Source: Candidatus Hadarchaeales archaeon | Lineage (GTDB): Archaea > Hadarchaeota > Hadarchaeia > Hadarchaeales > Hadarchaeaceae | DNA length: 32,000 bases | Direction of reading: 5' to 3' | Assembly: GCA_038823825.1 (NCBI GenBank) | Contig: JAWBCC010000002.1 | Span: 210,001-242,000 of the forward strand | Part shown: positions 16,122 to 22,521 of the stretch, in pieces | Position numbering within the stretch: the stretch's first letter is position 1 | How the letters are laid out: the number at the start of each line of letters is the position of its first letter | The notes under the pieces: model-generated | Told to the model about the DNA's origin: nothing | Databases searched by the model: none | The model's input: only the letters and a program-made list of their open reading frames with translations | Made by a program: the position numbers and the translations under genes

Positions 16122-16252
16122 TGGTGGGGCCGCCAGGATTTGAACCCGGGTTTGCGGGTCTCACCGGCTCCAGTGGGTCATCATCTTTTCGTCAGCAGAC
16201 CCACCTCATTCCACTGGAGCCCGCCGTGATAACCAAGCTACACTACGGCCCC
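16122..16252 (-). tRNA. tRNA-Trp (anticodon CCA) with ~54-nt intron at canonical position 37/38; 3' CCA encoded
   Basis: The minus strand reads GGGGCCG-TA-GTGT-AGCTTGGTTA-TCAC-G-GCGGG-CTCCAG-[intron]-A-CCCGC-AAAC-CCGGG-TTCAAAT-CCTGG-CGGCCCC-A-CCA. The acceptor stem is a perfect 7 bp and the anticodon CCA lies at 16217-16215. The two exons total 77 nt. Confidence 0.9.
16160..16213 (-). ncRNA. tRNA-Trp intron carrying box C/D guide-RNA elements
   Basis: The intron is UGGAAUGAGGUGGGUCUGCUGACGAAAAGAUGAUGACCCACUGGAGCCGGUGAG. It has a canonical D' CUGA (16195-16192) and C' (GA)UGAUGA (16183-16178) separated by a 6-nt loop. The terminal elements are degenerate: C-like AAUGAGG and D-like GUGA. Guide segments are complementary to the tRNA's own anticodon loop and to position 39. 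Confidence 0.6.
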
Positions 16253-16277
16253 ACCATTCCTATACTCTGTCAGACAC

Positions 16278-16290
16278 AAGTTTAAAACTT
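16278..16290 (-). promoter_or_regulatory. TATA-like box for the tRNA-Trp gene
   Basis: The minus strand reads AAGTTTTAAAC, centred about 32 nt upstream of tRNA position +1. It overlaps the stop of the upstream DUF457 gene. Confidence 0.3.
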
Positions 16291-17453
16291 TAAAGAGATG
16301 GTCCAAGCCAGAACAGAAATCCGAACAGGATAAAGAGGACGGAAATTCCCAGAATTCTGAGTATGAGCGGTGGCTTCGGCACTGTTGGCACAAACAAATC
16401 TTCATCCGGTTCTCTTTCCTCTTCTGCCACCGCCGCCACACCAGCCGTTGCAGGAGTCGCAACTTCACCGGCAGCTGCTCTTCCCCTCAGCCAGAGATAA
16501 ACAATCCCTATTATCGACCACGGAACGCAAATAATGAGCAAAAGGTAAATCGGCAGTCCGAGCCTTAATATCGCAGGTACGGCATACGAAGAACTCACCA
16601 AAGCATTGTATTTGTTGAGATTCCAGAGGATTATCGCCATACAAGAGTAAACTATGAGAGAATTCCAGAACGGATCGGAAGCAGAAACCAACTGAAGACC
16701 ACCCAATCTCTTTTTCGTAAATGGCCAGAAGAGATTCCCACCCATATGGCCATAAGAATCAAAGATGATATGCCCAAGCCAACCCAAGAATGCGACGAGC
16801 CATGCTATCCAGTTTCTCAAAATAGCTCCGACCACAGCGGAAAGCAAAAGTCCGAGCGTTATGCTGTGACCGGCCCGTCTGTGGAAGGGAATGAAGATTA
16901 TTTCGACGGATCCGTCCTCCCGCTTGAGAAATCCGAAAGAAGGTCCTCCAAAACCTTTTATCTCCGTCGGCTTTCCGTACGTTTCGATGATGTTTGGCTT
17001 GAATTTCGCGGAAGCGTAGGCCTTCTCCTCCGGAGGTTCTGTTCCGGGAATGGGAACGCCCGACGTTGTCACATGCGGTCCAACCCTAACCTCAACTTTC
17101 TTCTCCTTGGCGTTGAAGAAAACAGAGTACTGTCTCCAGAGATCTGGTCCAAGTCTGATCGTGTGAAGTTTTATTTTATACATTTTGCCAGGTTTCATTT
17201 CCGCAGCCTTGTTTATCCCCTCCGCAACCTTTTCCGCGATTTCTTTCGGGTCGATCTTATCCGGATGAGGATCTATCACCGTGTCGTGTTCCTCCATGTA
17301 AATGAGAAATTTGAAATCGATCGTATCCGGGAGAAGTCCAAATATCCCACCAAGCAAAATTATGAGGGAGTCCTCAGCAGCTGCTCCGAAAACTAGACTC
17401 TTGAAGAACGTGGCGATCGTAAGTCCAACTATGAAGTGGGTTAAGCCGCGCAT
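16290..17453 (-). CDS. membrane-bound metal-dependent hydrolase, DUF457/YdjM-like, with ~140-aa inserted domain
   Basis: MRGLTHFIVGL, GLLPDTIDF, then after the insert FHRRAGHSITLGLL and GHIIFDSYGHMGGNLFWPF follow the DUF457 His/Asp pattern. The ATG at 17453 lies 1 nt after the upstream stop. The track start at 17468 is a TTG that would overlap the upstream gene. Confidence 0.7.
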   Translation of the reverse strand: MRGLTHFIVGLTIATFFKSLVFGAAAEDSLIILLGGIFGLLPDTIDFKFLIYMEEHDTVIDPHPDKIDPKEIAEKVAEGINKAAEMKPGKMYKIKLHTIRLGPDLWRQYSVFFNAKEKKVEVRVGPHVTTSGVPIPGTEPPEEKAYASAKFKPNIIETYGKPTEIKGFGGPSFGFLKREDGSVEIIFIPFHRRAGHSITLGLLLSAVVGAILRNWIAWLVAFLGWLGHIIFDSYGHMGGNLFWPFTKKRLGGLQLVSASDPFWNSLIVYSCMAIILWNLNKYNALVSSSYAVPAILRLGLPIYLLLIICVPWSIIGIVYLWLRGRAAAGEVATPATAGVAAVAEEEREPDEDLFVPTVPKPPLILRILGISVLFILFGFLFWLGPSL

Positions 17454-17454
17454 C

Positions 17455-18774
17455 TCAGTATCCCCCAAGCCAGCACGCTATCTGCTCACCCAAGCCAGCC
17501 ATGTTGAGGAAAATCGGGAAGAAGAAACCCAAAACCAAGTTCAACCTTCTGGTTCTAAACATCGGCGGAATAAGCCCAAGTCCAGTTGTGATCACCAAAA
17601 GTAAAAGACCTGTGGCTCCAGCGAAAATGAAAACTATCGCAAGGATTATCATCATAGCCACAATCGAAATCTTCCTGTAGCTTATTCTTGTGACCATTTT
17701 TGAGAAGACAAACCGCGAAAGCAAGACGAGCAGAATGAATGCGAAGAGGGTGGTGAACGCAATTGTTGCAACGAGAAGCCAGAAATCCGAAGATGATCTT
17801 GGCTGATAGACCATGCTTGTGACCCACGCCATCCCTCCGCGTGTGAGGTGGAGGAGCGGAACCCAAAAGAGGAAGAACGCACCGACGTAGTATGCGAATC
17901 TTCCAGCAGATCCGGAAACCATAAACGAAGTGTCCCCCCTTGTTGACGTAGCATGCCCGGCTAACACTCCCCCAACCCCAGCCGTTATCACGGGCTGGAA
18001 GGCTGCGAAGGTTCCGCCGAGAAAACCGGCCATTGTCCCATGCGCAACTTCCTGCCATCCCGCGTATATCCCAGTCGATTTTGACTGCTCAGGCACCTTG
18101 GGATTCGAGAAGATGTTCATGAGAACCCATGGCATTGCGAAAAATCCGACGAAAACCGGGAGGATGTTCTGGAAGGCTCTGTCAGGGGGCATCACCGGCG
18201 TGTTGAGAACGATGAAGCCCAATATCATCGAGAGGAAAAAGACAAATATCCCGGCAACGAGGCTAGACCAACCATCGGCTAATCTCCCGAGCCTCGTCTT
18301 TTTTCTGCTCCCCCAATCTTTTGGCCATTCAGACATCAAAAGATAAACCACAACCCCAATGAGTATCCACGCGAAGTGTGGTGTGGTTAACCTACGGAAG
18401 ACTTGGAATAAATATGGTGCGGCTGGCGAGATGGCAACGAGAAGGATTGCTGCCCCAATTGCACCAAGCCCAGAAAGAAGGCAAGCTTCCTCTCCCCTAC
18501 CGTATAGCAAATATTTCTGGTTCGGGAAAACCATATAGAAGGTACTGTCGTCTGGCGAACCCATGTATGTTGTTGTTATTATGCCTACAACCGAGTAGGC
18601 TACCAGCATTCCTATGAGAAAGAGCGAAAAAGCTAGAGGATTGAAAGGATACGCAATGTAGATGACGACGGCTAGTCCAGCAAAATTCAATGGATGCAGT
18701 CCCGGCAGGATGGACAAACAGCTCCCGGCGAGAACACCAAGCATACCCCAAAGGAGATAGGCTAAGCTTTCCAT
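17455..18774 (-). CDS. polytopic membrane protein (about 10-12 TM), TctA/DUF112-like
   Basis: 439 aa and almost entirely hydrophobic. Gly-rich helix motifs occur in both halves: GVLAGSCLSILPGLHP and GTMAGFLGGTFAAFQPVITAGVGGVLAG. The SD GGAGGGTG is embedded in the last codons of the upstream gene. The family assignment is tentative. Confidence 0.45.
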   Translation of the reverse strand: MESLAYLLWGMLGVLAGSCLSILPGLHPLNFAGLAVVIYIAYPFNPLAFSLFLIGMLVAYSVVGIITTTYMGSPDDSTFYMVFPNQKYLLYGRGEEACLLSGLGAIGAAILLVAISPAAPYLFQVFRRLTTPHFAWILIGVVVYLLMSEWPKDWGSRKKTRLGRLADGWSSLVAGIFVFFLSMILGFIVLNTPVMPPDRAFQNILPVFVGFFAMPWVLMNIFSNPKVPEQSKSTGIYAGWQEVAHGTMAGFLGGTFAAFQPVITAGVGGVLAGHATSTRGDTSFMVSGSAGRFAYYVGAFFLFWVPLLHLTRGGMAWVTSMVYQPRSSSDFWLLVATIAFTTLFAFILLVLLSRFVFSKMVTRISYRKISIVAMMIILAIVFIFAGATGLLLLVITTGLGLIPPMFRTRRLNLVLGFFFPIFLNMAGLGEQIACWLGGY

Positions 18775-18778
18775 CTTC

Positions 18779-20200
18779 TTACACCCTCCATATGTCTTCT
18801 ATCGAGCAAACATGGAGCACTTTTTCTCCCCCAACCACGGATATTTTTCCAACGGTGTTGATGTTCTCTCCAGCTCTGGGTGGATCCGGCAGTCGCTCAT
18901 AGACGAAGTTTGGAATCAAAACTTTTTGAACCAAACCTGATGGAGATTCGACCATGAGAATTCTGTCGGGTGGGAGAAGACCTTTTTCTCTCGTCGAGAT
19001 CTCGACAATACGACCCGCAACCGTTGCCAAGATGTCGACCTCAAGAGTCTGGAGATTCTCAGCAATGGGAGGCAGAAATTCACCCTCCAAAACATTAGGA
19101 ATTTGTGGCCCGACGAAAGTAACCACAAGCTTACCCTCCCTTTTTTCAACTTTTCCGACGAATTCGATCGAGCTTCCCCTCCTCACAAGCCTCTTCGTTT
19201 CAGGAGGAAGAGTCTGAAAGATTTCCTCTTCTATGTAGGCCTTCGGCATATTTACATTATCCAGCCACAGGATTCTCCTTGTGATCTTTAGACTGGTGGT
19301 GGTACCAACAGCCTCAGAGAGTGTTATTTTTCCAGATGTCTGGATGTAACTTCCGATGAGGTTTTCCGATATCTCAGAGAGTCGGACCAGTTTCGGTTCT
19401 TCTTTTCCCAACACTTCGATATCTGAGAAGAGTCCAACCATGAGCTGAGGTGTCCCCTTGTAGGAAGAAACGCCTCCAGTTATCCTGACTCTATCTAGAA
19501 CTTCCAGCCCGAGCGGTCGTTTTTCAACATAAACTTCGAGACCAAGGGGAACGTAAAGCTGGATTTCAGAGGAACCATCCGAGATGTAATATATGTTTGC
19601 AGAGCCGAGAGCCCGCATAGAGGTTACCACCCCTTCAATCATCACCCTCTTGTAGAGCAGGGCAACATTTCTCAAGACGTCAGAAGGTGTGGAGACGACG
19701 GGTGAAAGGGGCTGGATTTTTATGTCACTGGCGAGGGAAACAGTCATCATCTTATCCCTCTCGGATAAAACTCGCGTTTGACCGAAAATCTTCACCCTGT
19801 CGCCAACACGTGGAATCCTTCTTTCCATGAGTAACTCTTCGAAAGCCGGAGAGTAAACCCTCACCTCTATGGTGGATATCTCTGGATCGGTCGAGCTAAA
19901 GTCTGAGACGGAGAAAGATATGTAGTTTCTCCCATAGAGAGGCCCGGAGGTTACAGTACCCTCAATCAGGTTGTGAGAATAATCCATCCACGTGTCGATC
20001 TGCGAGATGCTTATCGGCTCTTCCCCAGATGCCTTGACGTGCATGAGGAAAGCCCCTACACCAAGCACCGCCAAAATCACACATATAACCCACAAATACA
20101 GAAGCCGGATTTTTCTAGTTGTATCGGTTAGGCAGTGTGGGCACGGAACTTTACCTCCTGTTTCCTTTCCGCAGACCGGGCAGATTTCATTTTTCTTCAA
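18779..20200 (-). CDS. Zn-ribbon / single-TM / four tandem OB-like modules, predicted surface protein (paralogue B)
   Basis: CPVCGKETGGKVPCPHC, then TRKIRLLY plus the helix LWVICVILAVLGVGAFLM, then about 400 aa of beta-rich repeats including RVRITGGVSSYKGTPQLMVGLFSDIEVL. The probable start is TTG at 20200, overlapping the upstream stop as TTGA, with GGTGA 4 nt upstream. The alternative TTG at 20236 would give a 40-nt overlap. Confidence 0.7.
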   Translation of the reverse strand: MKKNEICPVCGKETGGKVPCPHCLTDTTRKIRLLYLWVICVILAVLGVGAFLMHVKASGEEPISISQIDTWMDYSHNLIEGTVTSGPLYGRNYISFSVSDFSSTDPEISTIEVRVYSPAFEELLMERRIPRVGDRVKIFGQTRVLSERDKMMTVSLASDIKIQPLSPVVSTPSDVLRNVALLYKRVMIEGVVTSMRALGSANIYYISDGSSEIQLYVPLGLEVYVEKRPLGLEVLDRVRITGGVSSYKGTPQLMVGLFSDIEVLGKEEPKLVRLSEISENLIGSYIQTSGKITLSEAVGTTTSLKITRRILWLDNVNMPKAYIEEEIFQTLPPETKRLVRRGSSIEFVGKVEKREGKLVVTFVGPQIPNVLEGEFLPPIAENLQTLEVDILATVAGRIVEISTREKGLLPPDRILMVESPSGLVQKVLIPNFVYERLPDPPRAGENINTVGKISVVGGEKVLHVCSIEDIWRV

Positions 20201-21084
20201 GGAATCACCTTTATGTCCTCCCAAGAAGCTACCCAAAGCTGAGGTGTCCCATAGTAGCTTTGAAGAGCCCCGGAAACGGTTATCTTGGCACCAATCGCTG
20301 GGTACGCACCCCCAAACCTCTCGAGGAACTTGGGGATCATGATGTTCATGGACTCCTGCGTTTCGACCTCATACAGCGTCAGATTTTTTGCAAAGCCGAG
20401 GTCGTCTATTGAAATAACTTTTCCTGTGACTTCGAGTCTTTCATACTCCGTGAAGTTTTCCGGGAAGTGAACGACATCATGTATCCTGACTTTCCTACCG
20501 GCCGGACGTTCTATCTTCAAGAAACCTTCAGGATATTGAACGATCAGCATCTGGAACTGGTTGGCTTTATCTCCGACGGCTCTGACCCTTAGGCTTCCTC
20601 TGACCGTCACGATGTCTCCAACAGCTGGGAAAGCCGGAATCGGAGAGCCCTTGGCGAGTCGCTCGCTTTCAAGCCTGATGAGGGCCTTCGTGGTTGCGTC
20701 GTATGCCCTGATGAAAATGCTCGCCTCCGAATTTTCCGGATCGACGAGATACATGCCGAGAAAATTCGTATCCTCGTAAAATTTCACGAAAGTGGCTTTT
20801 CCCGTTAAGACGGCTTGCCCCATGTTCATAAGAGTCGCGTTTTCTTTGAAGAGATCGGATATTGCGATTTGATAAGGCTGTTTTGCGATTATGTGCAATC
20901 CTCTGACGTCCGCGCAGAGGAAAAGAACACCCAAAACGGCGACCGAGAGCCCACCCCACTTGAGCAACCTGAAGGAAAGCCTTTTTGGAACTTTACTTCC
21001 GCAATAGGGACACTTTTCCAGAGTTCCGACGTATCTTTTACAATTTGGGCAAAAGACCTCCTCGGAGGGCCCCACCGGTTTCAT
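20197..21084 (-). CDS. Zn-ribbon / single-TM / two tandem OB-like modules, predicted surface protein (paralogue A)
   Basis: CPNCKRYVGTLEKCPYC, then KVPKRLSFRLLK plus the helix GGLSVAVLGVLFLCA, then an ectodomain ending KITVSGALQSYYGTPQLWVASWEDIKVIP. I prefer the ATG at 21084 (MKPVGP...) over the TTG at 21093. An AT-rich box lies about 30 nt upstream. Confidence 0.7.
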   Translation of the reverse strand: MKPVGPSEEVFCPNCKRYVGTLEKCPYCGSKVPKRLSFRLLKWGGLSVAVLGVLFLCADVRGLHIIAKQPYQIAISDLFKENATLMNMGQAVLTGKATFVKFYEDTNFLGMYLVDPENSEASIFIRAYDATTKALIRLESERLAKGSPIPAFPAVGDIVTVRGSLRVRAVGDKANQFQMLIVQYPEGFLKIERPAGRKVRIHDVVHFPENFTEYERLEVTGKVISIDDLGFAKNLTLYEVETQESMNIMIPKFLERFGGAYPAIGAKITVSGALQSYYGTPQLWVASWEDIKVIP

Positions 21085-21134
21085 GTAAAGCAAACTCTTT
21101 TAGAAGTTCTAACAATAAAAATTTTTTGATTTTT

Positions 21135-21719
21135 GTGCGGGTTGGGGGAATAGACCTCTCGGGAAGTGAGAAGAGACCGACAGGACTGGCATTCCTTGAG
21201 GGTAAAAGATGTTTAACGGCAACGGTTTTCACGGACGATGAGATTCTCGAGCAGTGCTCAAGGCGAAAGGTTTCTCTCATCGCCATAGATGCACCTCTCA
21301 ACTTTCCCAAGGAAGGCAATCTCAGGCTTTGCGATCGCATTTTGATCTCGCGAGGTCTACGCGTCTTTCCGCCGACTTTCGGTGGAATGCGTAAGCTGAC
21401 CGAAAGGGGCATAAGGATTTCCTCCCTCCTTCGTTCCTCGGGCTTTAACGTCATCGAGGTTCATCCGAGAACTTCCGGGATCGTGATTTTCGGCACTCCG
21501 GATAGAGAAAAATGGTTGATGAGACTCAAAAAAGCTGGTTTCAAAATCTCACCGAGTTCTGATCACGAGATCGATGCTATACTTTCCGCTCTCACAGCTT
21601 ACCTCCACTTCAGAGGTTTCACAGAGACCGTCAGCGGTGATGGGGCTATTGTTGTTCCTGGAGAAGCTTCTCAACGAATTTTGCTCCGGACGAGATGCTA
21701 CTCACGGAAACGCCAGTGA
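21135..21719 (+). CDS. DUF429-like predicted RNase H-fold nuclease
   Basis: VGGIDLSGSEKRPTGLAFL, SLIAIDAPL, VIEVHP and DHEIDAILSALTA give the acidic-residue spacing of an RNase H-like fold. The start is GTG 21135 (or TTG 21126). The track's 50-aa N-terminal extension runs antisense into paralogue A and is rejected. Confidence 0.6.
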   Translation: MRVGGIDLSGSEKRPTGLAFLEGKRCLTATVFTDDEILEQCSRRKVSLIAIDAPLNFPKEGNLRLCDRILISRGLRVFPPTFGGMRKLTERGIRISSLLRSSGFNVIEVHPRTSGIVIFGTPDREKWLMRLKKAGFKISPSSDHEIDAILSALTAYLHFRGFTETVSGDGAIVVPGEASQRILLRTRCYSRKRQ

Positions 21720-22512
21720 TTCTGGATATCCTGCGGATGCTCATTTTTTCTCCAGAAATCTTTGCAGCGAGATATATGATGGCAGCCGAAAGATTGGCCG
21801 GCGGTCTGGCTCTTGCCCTAGGTCCAGATTTCTTGAAAAGTTTCATAGCAATTTCGCTCGTGCTGCCGGAAGCATTCAGTTGTGTGAGAAATCTCCCTAA
21901 ATAATCTTCTACTCCGACTCCGTCTTCTATTTTCATTTCCTTCTTGAAAGCGAAGAGAAACTTGCGGAAGATCTTCTGCACGAGTTTCTTCTCGAACGGG
22001 TGCCTCTGGGCAGCAATCTTGAAAATTTCCTTTTCACTTCTAGGAATCTTTAGCCGCCTGCAGGCGAGGAGAACGACAACCGGAACAACGATTCTGAGAT
22101 CTCTCCCCTTTGTCAGTTTCATGCTCCTCGCCTTCCTGTAGATCACACATGCCTCAACCTTCACGCTTCTTGGAAGAGAGAGGCTTCTGCAGAGATTGTC
22201 GATTTCGATCAGGGCATCCCTCTCCCCACGCTCTTTCCAGTTGGAAACTTTAGAAATCCGGTGTAGATATTTGAGTCTTCGCATCTGCGAGCGGAAGGCC
22301 GGAGAAGGATTATCGGTTTTTCCAATCTCGCTCCCGATTCCCAAGTCATGTCTAGTCTGATCTACCCATGTGATGTTCTCCTCTTCCCACCTTTTTCCAG
22401 AACCTTCAGCCGGCATCCTGTCGTATATCACCAACCCGCAGGAAGTACAGATGAGCTCTCCACGTTCTCTATCATAAAAGATTCCTGCACTTCCGCACGA
22501 CGGACATATCAA
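21646..22512 (-). CDS. tfb: transcription initiation factor IIB (TFB)
   Basis: The N-terminal Zn ribbon is CPSCGSAGIFYDRERGELICTSCG. Two cyclin-like repeats follow (LSLPRSVKVEACVIYRKA..., AAIIYLAAKISGEKMSIRRISRITGVSVSSI). The product is 288 aa. Confidence 0.88.
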   Translation of the reverse strand: MICPSCGSAGIFYDRERGELICTSCGLVIYDRMPAEGSGKRWEEENITWVDQTRHDLGIGSEIGKTDNPSPAFRSQMRRLKYLHRISKVSNWKERGERDALIEIDNLCRSLSLPRSVKVEACVIYRKARSMKLTKGRDLRIVVPVVVLLACRRLKIPRSEKEIFKIAAQRHPFEKKLVQKIFRKFLFAFKKEMKIEDGVGVEDYLGRFLTQLNASGSTSEIAMKLFKKSGPRARARPPANLSAAIIYLAAKISGEKMSIRRISRITGVSVSSISSGAKFVEKLLQEQQ

Positions 22513-22521
22513 ACAATCACC

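Noticed and set aside
15913-16285. 83-aa (minus) and 63-aa (plus) ORFs overlapping the tRNA-Trp locus
   Set aside because: The region folds into a complete cloverleaf with an intron. The ORFs are incidental.
16122-16290. tRNA gene as an integration hotspot for a mobile element
   Set aside because: There is no integrase, no direct repeat of the tRNA 3' end and no compositional break on either side that I could see. The flanking genes are tightly packed chromosomal genes.
16746-17396. 216-aa plus-strand ORF opposite the DUF457 gene, and the 167-aa/138-aa ORFs at 17555-18346 opposite the polytopic membrane gene
   Set aside because: The minus-strand frames have coherent TM and His-motif architecture and operon coupling. 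The opposite-strand products are Arg/Ser-rich nonsense-like sequences.
20985-21134. 50-aa N-terminal extension of the DUF429 ORF given in the track
   Set aside because: It runs antisense through the 5' end of paralogue A and across the shared promoter. The conserved domain begins at VGGIDLSG, immediately after GTG 21135.
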